From an uncultured Gemmatimonadales bacterium (GTDB taxonomy: Bacteria; Gemmatimonadota; Gemmatimonadetes; Gemmatimonadales; GWC2-71-9), in assembly GCA_963796635.1 (NCBI GenBank), contig CAWCMH010000001.1, positions 2,788,209 to 2,852,208 on the forward strand: DNA of 64,000 nucleotides, in the 5' to 3' direction. Each line of letters starts with the position of its first letter. Position 1 is the first letter of the stretch. The translations under genes were made by a program, and so were the position numbers. This document shows, piece after piece, positions 47,098-55,742 of this stretch. Under the pieces are notes generated by a model. That model ran no database searches and was not told the origin of the DNA. It saw only the letters and a program-made list of their open reading frames with translations.

Positions 47098-47849
47098 GTG
47101 CCAGCCGACCAGGAACTCATCAGTCGATTCCGCCGCGCGCGCACGGACCCCGCGCTCGCCGTGCTGGAAGGCTTTCATGCGCTCAAGCACGCGATGCGTT
47201 TCGGCGCGGTGATCGATATGGCGCTCACGCCGGACGGGGCCGCACTGGAATTGCGCTGGCTCGGGCGCAGCTCGCGCCGGACGTGGCCGAGTGCGATCGC
47301 GACGCCTGGCCGGAGCGGTGCGGCGGAGACATATTCGCCGCGCTATCGCCCACGCCGCCCGAAACCCGCGTGATCGCCATCGCTCGCCGCCGGCACGACG
47401 CGTTGGCGGATGTGCTGGCGAGCACCGCGCCGATCAGTGCTGCTGGAGTCGCCGGCGCACAGCGGCAATATCGGCGCGGCCATCCGGGCGAGTGCCGCGG
47501 CCGGCGCGGGCGGCGTGCTCGCCACGGGCAGTAACGATCCCTGGAACCCCGGCGCCCTGCGCGGTTCGGCCGGCCTGCATTTCGCTCTGCCGGTGATGCA
47601 CGTCGGCATCGATGACGTGCCCCGGGATCGGCTGATCGCCATCGATCCCGACGGTGAATCGCTCGCCGACATGGCGATTCCGGACGACGCCATCCTCGCC
47701 TTCGGCAGCGAACGGCGCGGGCCTGTCGCCCGAACTGCTCGAGCCGCTGTCCGCGACGGGTGCGCATTCCGATGGAACCTGGCGTGTCGAGCCTCAATCT
47801 CGCGACGGCGGTCGCCGTCGTCCTCTACCTCTGGCGGATGCGCGCATGA
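47098..47849 (+). pseudogene. SpoU/TrmH-family RNA 2'-O-methyltransferase with at least 4 frame disruptions
   Basis: Conserved pieces lie in alternating frames: VLEGFHALKHAMRFG, then FAALSPTPPETRVIAIARR, then VLLESPAHSGNIGAAIRASAAAG...AFGSERRG, then LSPELL, then RVRIPMEPGVSSLNLATAVAVVLY. Shifts lie near 47250, 47436, 47719 and 47760. TATAAT lies 7 nt before GTG 47098. Confidence 0.7.
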
Positions 47850-48775
47850 ATCGATCGCGGGAAGACGAGCGGGCCGCGTACCTGGCGCTGGCGCTCGCCG
47901 GCATCATCTGGGGTACCTCGTTCATCCTCGGCAAGATCGCGCTGCGCGAGCTGGGCGTCGACCAGATGATGCTGTATCGCTTCGTGTTCGCGTCGCTTGC
48001 CTTTCTTCCGCTCATCATCCGGGCTCGACCACGGTTCGGCCACCGCGATCTCGCGCTGGTCTTTGTCGCAGCCCTGATCGGCGTGCCGTTGCAGTTCCTG
48101 ATGCAATTCCAGGGACTGTCGCTCACCACCGCATCGCACGCGGCGCTGATGATCGGCACCGCACCGGTGCTCGTGGCGATCGGCGGCTTCTTCGTCTTCC
48201 ACGAACGATTGAGCTCCTTCGCCTGGCTCGCGCTGATCGCCTCGACCCTCGGCGTGGCGCTGATCGTCCATGGCGGCGGCGGCGGTCACGGCGTCGACCA
48301 TCCGACGCTGCACGGCGACCTGCTGGTGCTGTTTTCGATGTTCTCCGCCACCGTCTGGGTGCTGTCGAGCAAGTACCTGATGCAGCGGCACTCGCCCACG
48401 GTCGTCAGCGGGACGATCACCCTGATCGGCACGGTGATGCTGGCGATCTGGGTGATCGCCCGCGACGGCGCGCCCGCGACCGATCTGCACAGCAGCACGT
48501 GGATCGCCGTACTCGCGCTGGGCGTGATCGCCACGACCTGCACCACGCTGCTGTGGAACTGGGGCCTGCAGCACACCGACGCCGGGCGCGCCGGCGCCTT
48601 CATCAACCTGGAGCCGGTCGTCGGCGCGATCCTGGGCGTGTGGCTGCTGCACGAATCGCTGGGTCCGTGGGCAGTCGCAGGTGGAGTGCTGATCGTTGCG
48701 GGCGCGATGGTCGTCAGCTTGACGACAACGACGGAGAAAGGAGAACGGAAAACGGAAAAAGGAGAGAGAAGGTAG
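47846..48775 (+). CDS. EamA/DMT-family transporter
   Basis: 10-TM pattern with two EamA halves. The ATG overlaps the SpoU stop (ATGA). Confidence 0.85.
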   Translation: MNRSREDERAAYLALALAGIIWGTSFILGKIALRELGVDQMMLYRFVFASLAFLPLIIRARPRFGHRDLALVFVAALIGVPLQFLMQFQGLSLTTASHAALMIGTAPVLVAIGGFFVFHERLSSFAWLALIASTLGVALIVHGGGGGHGVDHPTLHGDLLVLFSMFSATVWVLSSKYLMQRHSPTVVSGTITLIGTVMLAIWVIARDGAPATDLHSSTWIAVLALGVIATTCTTLLWNWGLQHTDAGRAGAFINLEPVVGAILGVWLLHESLGPWAVAGGVLIVAGAMVVSLTTTTEKGERKTEKGERR

Positions 48776-48804
48776 AAGGGAGAAGCATGAGGTCGCAGTA
48801 CCGT

Positions 48805-48982
48805 GTCATCCTGAGCGGAGCCGCCGGAGGCGGCGCAAGGGAGAAGGGAAACGGGAGGACCGGCAGGAATGTCATCCTGAGCGAAGCGCCCGCAGGGCGC
48901 GGAGTCGAAGGATCTGCTTCGCATGCAACTTGGGACAGCAGATCCTTCGACTCCGGCGCTTCGCGCCTGCGCTCAGGATGAC
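48805..48982. repeat. Family B element: solo arm (48805) plus a 112-bp long hairpin (48871-48982) between convergent genes
   Basis: GTCATCCTGAGCG...GGAGTCGAAGGATCTGC pairs with GCAGATCCTTCGACTCC...CGCTCAGGATGAC. The outer 13 bp and inner 17 bp are perfect. Confidence 0.8.
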
Positions 48983-49011
48983 AGATCGCCCCGAGGCCGA
49001 GCGCCCCATGC

Positions 49012-51681
49012 CTACTCCAATCGCAGCACCACCACTGGATCGACTCGGCCCGCCCGTCGCGCCGGCGGCAGCGTCGCGACGGCCACCGTGACCGCGAGCA
49101 GCGCAAAGGCCGCGGCATATGCGACCGGATCGAACGCGTGGATGCCGAACAGATACGGCGTCAACGCATCCGCCAGCACGAATGCGAGGGGGGCGCCGAC
49201 CACCACACCGATTCCGGCGCCGATCAGTGTCTCCCGCAACATCAGTGTCATGATTGCCGGTGGCTGCGCGCCCAATGCAACACGAATGCCGGCCTCGCGC
49301 ATGCGCTGCGCCACGGTGCGGGAGATCACGCCAAAGATGCCGACGCCGGCCAGGAAGGCGGCCAGAATGCCGAACAGCGATCCGAGCAGTGTGCGATAGC
49401 GCTCGTCGGCATAGGAATGCTGAATCAGCGTGCGCACCTCGTCGACGCCCTGGACCGTGACCGCCGGATCGAGCGTGGCCAGACGGGCCTTGACCAGCTG
49501 TTCGAGTGCGCGGCGATCAGCGCTCGCACGAATCGTCAGCACCACGCTGTTGCCCGGCCACTGGGCGGCCGGAATGTAGATCATCGGCTGCGCATCCTGC
49601 GACAGCTGATTGTAGCGGATGTCGGCCGCCACCCCGATGATCGTCCACGTCTTTCCCTGCCAGATCACGTGCCGTCCGATTGGCGAGTGCCCGTCGAAAT
49701 CACGCTGCACTTCCGATCGCGTCACCACCGCCACCGGCTCGGTACCGATCTGGTCGGCGTCGGTGAAGTCGCGCCCAGCGGTGACCGGCACGCCGATCGT
49801 ATGCAAGTACGCCGGCAGCACGACGCGCTGCTGAATCGACGGCGGGCCGGCGCTGTCGGAGTAGGTGACGCCTTCGACCTTGATGGGTGAGCTGCTGCCG
49901 CCGCCCTCGAACAGCCCGCCGGAGCTTCCGCTTGCCGCCGTCACGCCGGGAATCGCACGCAACGCCGCGGTGGCGGCCGTGTAGAATCGCGTCATGCGCG
50001 CGTCGTCGTGCCAGAACTTGCCGGCGGCGAACGTGTTGACTTCGAACAGGCCGTTGGACACGAAACCGGGATCCACCGTCGCGAGGCGCACCAGGCTGCG
50101 GCCCAGCAGCGCACAGCCCACCAGCATCACCAACGACAGTGCGACCTCCACCGCGACCAGCGTGCGCTGCACCGTGACCGCGCCGCGCGCCGACTGGCCG
50201 GCACCGACCCGAACACTCCCCTGCCGCCGCCAGCGCAGCAACGCGAACGTGGGCAGCAAGCCGAATCCGACGCCGATTACGAGTGCGCAGGCCACCGTGA
50301 ATGCCAGCACACGCGCATCGACATGCGCCTCGGCGATCCCCGGAATGCCGTTGGGCGCGGAGTGGACCAGCAGTCGCACACCGACCCACGCGGCCAGCAC
50401 GCCGAGCAGGCCGCCGGCGCCGGCGATGACGATGCTCTCGGTCATCAACTGGCGCGCCAGGCGCGCCGGCGTGGCACCGAGCGCGCGCCGGGCAAAGATC
50501 TCCGGCTGGCGGCGAACCGCTTCGCCGAGCATCAGGGTGGCCACGTTGACGCACGCGATCAGCAGCAGCAGCGCAACCGCGCCCGAGAGGATCAGCAGCG
50601 ACGGGCGGGCGGTCGCCGTCTGATCGGCCTGCCACAACGCGGCCCGGCCCGACGTGCCACCGGCGCTGCCTTTCCACTGGACCTTCACGTCGGTGAAGAT
50701 CCGGGCGACTTCGGCATTGGCTTGTGCCACGGTGACGCCGGGCGCCAAACGTCCCAATCCGCGGTACGAGCGATTGTGCTGGGAAGGAATGTCCGACGAA
50801 TCGGTGAAGGCCGGAAACCAGATGGCCGGCGGCGGCCCGGTTCGTTCGAGTCGTTCGCCGCGCGGCAGCACGCCGACGACGGTGTAGTGCGTCGTATCGC
50901 CGAGCACGATGCTGTGGCCGACGATGCTGCTGTCGCCGGCAAAGTGCGACTGCCACGCTTCCCAGCTCAGCAGGACAATCCGCGGGCCGTTGAGCGCGGT
51001 TTCGCCGGGCTGGAACACGCGCCCGATCGCGGCGTGGATGCCGAGCAGCGGAAAGAGACTCGCCGTGGCGCGCACGGCGTCGACCGGTTCGAGTTGGCCG
51101 GCCGTGTTGAGCGTGGCGCCGCTCCGTGCCCACGCCGCGACCTGCGACAGCGCGCGGCTGCGCTCGCGCAGCGCGTTGTATTCGCCCTGACCGATGACGA
51201 CGCTCTGCCAGGGAATCGACACCGCCGAATTCCGGAAGCCGGCTTCGGTGGCCCAGATGGCGACCAGCCGGTCCGGATGCGGAAACGGCAGCGGGCGGAT
51301 CAGCACGCTGTCGGCCACGCTGTACATGGTGGTGGCAGCGCCGATACCGAGTGCCAGCGGCAGAATCGCCATCAGCGCAAAGAGCGGCCGCTGACGCAGC
51401 AGGCGCAGGGCAAAGTGGATGTCCTGCACCAGGTTCGTGAGGTAGCGGTTGCGTCGCACGGCATGCTCCCGTTGGGTGGCGAGGTGCCGGAGTTCGCGGC
51501 CCGCATGTTCGAGCGCGCGCAGGCGCTCGCGGGCGAGCCGCTCGGCGTCGGCCGGAGCCTGACCACCGGCAATCAGGTCGCGCACATACATGTCGTGATG
51601 AAAACGGAGCTCGTCGGCCACTTCGTCGCTGGGTGCGCGATCGAAGATCGGCTCTGGCAGCGGGGCGCCGGGGTCGCTCAT
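49012..51681 (-). CDS. ADOP-type duplicated MacB/FtsX permease (PadR-associated)
   Basis: 889 aa with two MacB_PCD+FtsX repeats. The ATG overlaps the PadR stop (ATGA 51678-51681). Confidence 0.88.
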   Translation of the reverse strand: MSDPGAPLPEPIFDRAPSDEVADELRFHHDMYVRDLIAGGQAPADAERLARERLRALEHAGRELRHLATQREHAVRRNRYLTNLVQDIHFALRLLRQRPLFALMAILPLALGIGAATTMYSVADSVLIRPLPFPHPDRLVAIWATEAGFRNSAVSIPWQSVVIGQGEYNALRERSRALSQVAAWARSGATLNTAGQLEPVDAVRATASLFPLLGIHAAIGRVFQPGETALNGPRIVLLSWEAWQSHFAGDSSIVGHSIVLGDTTHYTVVGVLPRGERLERTGPPPAIWFPAFTDSSDIPSQHNRSYRGLGRLAPGVTVAQANAEVARIFTDVKVQWKGSAGGTSGRAALWQADQTATARPSLLILSGAVALLLLIACVNVATLMLGEAVRRQPEIFARRALGATPARLARQLMTESIVIAGAGGLLGVLAAWVGVRLLVHSAPNGIPGIAEAHVDARVLAFTVACALVIGVGFGLLPTFALLRWRRQGSVRVGAGQSARGAVTVQRTLVAVEVALSLVMLVGCALLGRSLVRLATVDPGFVSNGLFEVNTFAAGKFWHDDARMTRFYTAATAALRAIPGVTAASGSSGGLFEGGGSSSPIKVEGVTYSDSAGPPSIQQRVVLPAYLHTIGVPVTAGRDFTDADQIGTEPVAVVTRSEVQRDFDGHSPIGRHVIWQGKTWTIIGVAADIRYNQLSQDAQPMIYIPAAQWPGNSVVLTIRASADRRALEQLVKARLATLDPAVTVQGVDEVRTLIQHSYADERYRTLLGSLFGILAAFLAGVGIFGVISRTVAQRMREAGIRVALGAQPPAIMTLMLRETLIGAGIGVVVGAPLAFVLADALTPYLFGIHAFDPVAYAAAFALLAVTVAVATLPPARRAGRVDPVVVLRLE

Positions 51682-52007
51682 GCGCGAGCCTCGAGCACGC
51701 GGGTCACTTCGCGGGCGAACCGGAGCCAGTCGTGTGTTTCGGCGTGCAGCTGCCGGCGGCCGGCCGCAGTGAGCTGGTAGAACTTGGCGGGGCGATCGAG
51801 TTCCGACATGCGCCGGTCGCTCTTGACCCAGCCCCGCTTTTCCATCCGGTAGAGGGCGGGGTAGAGCGATCCCTCCTCGATCCGCAGCACGTCGCTCGAC
51901 GTGGCCTCGAGCCAGCGCGCGATGGCGTAGCCGTGGCGCGGCCCCCAGGTGAGGGTCTTGAGGATCAGCACCTCGAGCGTGCCGCGAAGCTGGTCGCGAG
52001 CGGGCAT
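51678..52007 (-). CDS. PadR-family transcriptional regulator
   Basis: LEVLILKTLTWGPRHGYAIARWL...GSLYPALYRMEKRGWV winged-helix pattern. GGAG lies 6 nt upstream. Confidence 0.88.
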   Translation of the reverse strand: MPARDQLRGTLEVLILKTLTWGPRHGYAIARWLEATSSDVLRIEEGSLYPALYRMEKRGWVKSDRRMSELDRPAKFYQLTAAGRRQLHAETHDWLRFAREVTRVLEARA

Positions 52008-52030
52008 GACGGCTCCATACATAGAGTTCG

Positions 52031-52046
52031 ATGTAAGTATAGACAC
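52031..52046. promoter_or_regulatory. Candidate PadR operator half-site pair
   Basis: ATGT-aagtatag-ACAC matches the published PadR consensus ATGT-N8-ACAT at 7 of 8 positions. It lies in the AT-rich padR upstream region, next to TACAT-N8-ATGTA (52017-52034). Confidence 0.3.
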
Positions 52047-52125
52047 CCGGCGCGCCCGAAGGGTTGCGGGCGGCGTCCCGGCGGTCGGGTATACTTGTAC
52101 GCCCCTCCTTCCGGAGCCGTCGCCC

Positions 52126-52485
52126 ATGAAGCTGTCGTCCCGCGCGCTGGTCGCCGCCTCGGCCATCGGCACCGTCCTGCAGGTCGGCATGGTGCTGCTG
52201 GGACACGACAATCCCGCCATCAAGTCGTACTTCGCCGTCGGCGGGATGGGACTGTCGCTGATCGCCGGAATTCTCTACGCCGTACTGTCCACCGAGGTGG
52301 TTATCCGCGACAACGTCATCGGCGGGCTCGTCGCGGGAGCGGTGTGTGCCTTTGTGGGCATCCTGCTGTCGGCGATCCTGGGCGATGTGCCCGCGTCGCT
52401 GCTGATTCTCGGCACGCTGAGCTCGGCGGTGACGGGCGCCGTCGGCGGATGGATTGGACGACTGTTTTCGAGTGGGAGGGTGTGA
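52126..52485 (+). CDS. Small integral membrane protein, unknown function
   Basis: 119 aa with 4 hydrophobic, Gly-rich helices. GGAG lies upstream. TATACT at 52090-52095. Confidence 0.55.
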   Translation: MKLSSRALVAASAIGTVLQVGMVLLGHDNPAIKSYFAVGGMGLSLIAGILYAVLSTEVVIRDNVIGGLVAGAVCAFVGILLSAILGDVPASLLILGTLSSAVTGAVGGWIGRLFSSGRV

Positions 52486-52494
52486 CGAAGGAGA

Positions 52495-52523
52495 GCCGCA
52501 GAGAAGCCGGTTACGGCTGCGGC
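52495..52523. terminator. Hairpin between convergent genes
   Basis: GCCGCA...GCCG-gtta-CGGC-TGCGGC. Overlaps the stop at 52511. Confidence 0.4.
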
Positions 52524-53257
52524 GTCGCCACCCCGCGCGCGAAGGTCGGTTGACGCGGATGGTCCGGGCCGCGGTTCCAGGTGATCCTGCGACCGACGCC
52601 GGGGCCCAGTGAGCGCACCTTCAGCGCACCATGTTCAATCCACGCCACCGAGTCGCCGCCCCAGCGCACCGGATCATGGCCTTCGGGTGCGATGTCGGCC
52701 GTGTCGCCGCGCGGCCCGATGACACACACGCCCCCACCGGCACAGGCGATGGCGCGCGCAAACCTGGGTGCGCCCAGCCAGACGGTGAGCATCGTATCGG
52801 CGCGCGCCGTGTCGGCCGTGACGACGCGCGTCACTGTGGTGGCGCCGGGACGCGCAGCAGTCTCCCAGAGACCACGCGTGGTGCGGACGTAGAGCAGGCT
52901 GGCGTCGTCGTTCCAGGCCAGCGCGACGGGCACGCCGGCGCTGTCCGGCAGGTGGACCGGCAGCTCGCCGCCGCTCAGCAGGTTCATCAGGACCACGCGC
53001 GGCGGGGTCGTGGGCATCGCGTCGTTGCTACGCAGGAACGCCACGACGTCGCCGTTGGGCGTCAATTGCGGATCGGATTCGGTGAGCGGTGTGAACGTGA
53101 ACTGCGCGACATCGCCGCCGTCGGCCGGGACGGCAAAGAGATCGGTGTGATGATCGATCCCTTCACCCACGATGACGAAGTACGGATCGTGACCCACCGA
53201 GATCCGGTGCGCCAGGGGCGAGAATGAGCAGGCGGTAACAGCGAGTGTCGCTGTCAT
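52511..53257 (-). CDS. Lipoprotein, unknown function (beta-propeller-like guess)
   Basis: Lipobox LAVTAC. The start ATG is provided by the GGGATGAC end of a family B element. Confidence 0.55.
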   Translation of the reverse strand: MTATLAVTACSFSPLAHRISVGHDPYFVIVGEGIDHHTDLFAVPADGGDVAQFTFTPLTESDPQLTPNGDVVAFLRSNDAMPTTPPRVVLMNLLSGGELPVHLPDSAGVPVALAWNDDASLLYVRTTRGLWETAARPGATTVTRVVTADTARADTMLTVWLGAPRFARAIACAGGGVCVIGPRGDTADIAPEGHDPVRWGGDSVAWIEHGALKVRSLGPGVGRRITWNRGPDHPRQPTFARGVATPQP

Positions 53258-53325
53258 CCCGAGCGAAGCAAGGGATCGCTTACCGACCGACCGGTCCCTC
53301 GGTCGCTGCGCTCCCTCGGGATGAG
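53253..53325. repeat. Family B element (type-1 arm + type-2 arm)
   Basis: GTCATCCCGAGCGAAGCAAGGGATCGC ... GGTCCCTCGGTCGCTGCGCTCCCTCGGGATGAG. Confidence 0.75.
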
Positions 53326-53367
53326 GTGTTTCGGAAATCTGTCCGTTACAGCGTTCCGCTGGACATC

Positions 53368-54174
53368 TCACCGCCCGAGTTCCTTCGTGAAGAACGCATC
53401 GATATCGGTGCGCGCGCGCTCCGCTTCGGGCGAATCGCTTCCCTGACGGCCCGGCTTGAGAAATCCGTGGCCCACGCCCTTGTAGATCTCGAACGTCAGC
53501 GTCTTGCCGTGATTCTGCATGGCTGCGCGAATCGCGGGCAACATGCCGGTGACCCGCGCGTCGTTCTCGGCGTCGACCGCAAAGACCGGCGCGTTCACCG
53601 TGCGCAGCATCGTCGTATCGGTGACCGGTCCGTAGCACGCGACTACCGCCTTGAGCGCCGGATTCGCCGCGGCATACTTCCACACCGTGCCGCCGCCCCA
53701 GCAGAAGCCGATGATGCCGACGTCGCCGGTCTGCGTGGCCGGCAACGCGTTGACGTATTTGTAGGCCGCGTCGAGATCGGCGACCACGCCGGCGTCACTC
53801 AGCGTCGCGACCAGCTTCCGGCCGCTGTCCTGCGACGCGGGCGACATGCCGTAACGTGAAGACAGCAGGTCCGGCGCAATCGCGACATAGCCCTTGGCCG
53901 CAAAGCGATCGGCGATGGTCGGTTCCCAGTCGGTCATGCCGAAGATCTCGTGCACCACGATGATGGCGGGCGCCTTGTCCTTGCGTTCGGGATACGCGAC
54001 GTACGCGCGCACGCTGTCGCCGCTCGCGTTGGCGAACTTGATCCATTCGCCGTGCGTCGTGACGCGCATGTATGGGTGATGCTGGCCGAGGACAAAGCCG
54101 CCGGCGATGGCGGCGGCGGCCAACGCGACCGCGGTGATTGGCGCGATCAGCGAAAAGCCGCGAGTGGAACGCAT
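53368..54174 (-). CDS. Dienelactone hydrolase-family protein, membrane-anchored/secreted
   Basis: VVHEIFG, nucleophile context IGFCWGG, C-terminal GVGHGF. GGAG lies 6 nt before ATG 54174. Confidence 0.85.
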   Translation of the reverse strand: MRSTRGFSLIAPITAVALAAAAIAGGFVLGQHHPYMRVTTHGEWIKFANASGDSVRAYVAYPERKDKAPAIIVVHEIFGMTDWEPTIADRFAAKGYVAIAPDLLSSRYGMSPASQDSGRKLVATLSDAGVVADLDAAYKYVNALPATQTGDVGIIGFCWGGGTVWKYAAANPALKAVVACYGPVTDTTMLRTVNAPVFAVDAENDARVTGMLPAIRAAMQNHGKTLTFEIYKGVGHGFLKPGRQGSDSPEAERARTDIDAFFTKELGR

Positions 54175-54237
54175 ACGGAGCTCCGTGAGCAGGTGGCTGG
54201 AAAATACCCGCAACCGGTCACGGAGCGTTGCGGGCGC

Positions 54238-55650
54238 TCAGCGCACGGCTGTGGGCACTGGCCGGTTGCTGTCTGTGCTGTCGCCAATTTCGCCGTAGAC
54301 ATTGTCACCCCAGCAATACGCGGTTCCGCCGGCGGTGAGGCCGCAGGTGTGCACGTGTCCGGCAACGAGCTTGGTAAACGTGAGTCCCCCGACCACGGCC
54401 GTGGGCGTGAGACGCGCGGTGGTCGTCCCATCGCCGAGCTGGCCGAACGCGTTGTCACCCCAGCAGTAGGCGGCGCCCAGGGTGGTGATAGCGCAGGTGT
54501 GATCGGTGCCGGCGGCGATCTGGGTGAAGTGCAGGCCGCCGGCGACCGGCGTCGGTACGGTGAAATACAGCGTCTTGGTGCCGTCGCCATCCTGGCCAAA
54601 GCTGTCGTCGCCCCAGCAGTAGGCAGCGCCGCTCGCGACCACACCGCAGGCGTGCGACCACGCCGTCGTGATGTGGACGAATGACAGCCCGCCGGCAATC
54701 GGCACCGGTGACGAGCGCGATATCTGCGTGCCGTCGCCCGCCTCTCCGTTGAGGTTGGCGCCCCAGCAATACCCGGCACCGCTGGCGGTGTGGGCGCAGG
54801 TGAACGCGGCCGCTGTGGAAATTTCCGTGAAGCTGAGGCCGCCGGCCACTGCGACTGGAGCATAGCGATCAGCATTGCCGCCGTCACCGACCGAGCCGGC
54901 GTTCCCCCAGCAGTATGCGGCGCCGGCGGATGTGAGCGCGCAGATGGCCGCGCTGCCGACCGTGATGTGCGTGAACGACAATCCCCCGCTGACCGCGGTG
55001 GGAACCAGCCGTGCGTTCTGCGTACCGTCGCCGATCAGCGGATTGCCCCAGCAGTACGCCGCACCCGCTGAGGTGAGTCCGCACGTGCGCAGCGGACCGG
55101 TGACGAGTTGTGCGAAGGTGACACCGCCGCTCACGCGTGTCGGTACTTGCCGATTGAACGTGCTGCCGTCGCCGATCTGGCCGGCGTTGTTGTGGCCCCA
55201 GCACCAGCTCGTGCCGTCGGTCGTCCGGCCGCACGTCGTGTAGTCGTAGTCGGCCGTGATGTCGGCGAAGATGCGCGACGCGCCGGTGCCACTCGACACC
55301 GTGATGACGACGCTGCCCAGTTTGCTGCCGGCCGTCGCGGTGATGGTCGCCGACCCCACCGCCACGGCGGTGACCACGCCGGTTTGCGACACGGTCGCGA
55401 CACCGGTGGCCCCGCTGGCCCAGGTGAAGCCGCGGATGAGCACGGAATCGCTGGCGTTATAGGCCGTGGCCGTGAGCGTGTCGACCGCACCGGGAGCGAT
55501 GGTGACGACGGATGCATTGACCGATACGCGGGCGACGGTCGTGTCGGCCGCGGTCCCACCGGTAGTGGGTGAGTTGCTGCTGCACGCCATCGTGGCGGCG
55601 AGTGCGGCGGTGCTGATGAGTGAGGTGCGGGACAACGTGGAGCGTGTCAT
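54238..55650 (-). CDS. Lipoprotein with Big_2 Ig-like domain and RCC1-type beta-propeller repeats
   Basis: Lipobox TMAC. Repeated ..YCWG.N..GQ.GDG.. units (about 7). Confidence 0.8.
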   Translation of the reverse strand: MTRSTLSRTSLISTAALAATMACSSNSPTTGGTAADTTVARVSVNASVVTIAPGAVDTLTATAYNASDSVLIRGFTWASGATGVATVSQTGVVTAVAVGSATITATAGSKLGSVVITVSSGTGASRIFADITADYDYTTCGRTTDGTSWCWGHNNAGQIGDGSTFNRQVPTRVSGGVTFAQLVTGPLRTCGLTSAGAAYCWGNPLIGDGTQNARLVPTAVSGGLSFTHITVGSAAICALTSAGAAYCWGNAGSVGDGGNADRYAPVAVAGGLSFTEISTAAAFTCAHTASGAGYCWGANLNGEAGDGTQISRSSPVPIAGGLSFVHITTAWSHACGVVASGAAYCWGDDSFGQDGDGTKTLYFTVPTPVAGGLHFTQIAAGTDHTCAITTLGAAYCWGDNAFGQLGDGTTTARLTPTAVVGGLTFTKLVAGHVHTCGLTAGGTAYCWGDNVYGEIGDSTDSNRPVPTAVR

Positions 55651-55742
55651 CGCGAAACCGGCGGTCTGAGGAGCACCAGTCTAGCCCAGGGTGCCCGAAG
55701 CGGATAGGGTCGACAAAGGAGCGGGGAGCTTCTTCGCCCGGT

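Noticed and set aside
46618-47190. 190-aa minus-strand ORF upstream of the WGF lipoprotein
   Set aside because: No recognisable features. It spans the non-coding region and the SpoU promoter, and it merely passes through the poly-C tract in a third frame.
48725-48775. Purine-rich short tandem repeat (acggagaaaggagaacggaaaacggaaaaaggagagagaagg) at the EamA 3' end
   Set aside because: It encodes a plausible charged C-terminal tail (TEKGERKTEKGERR). It is low-complexity with no further evidence of function.
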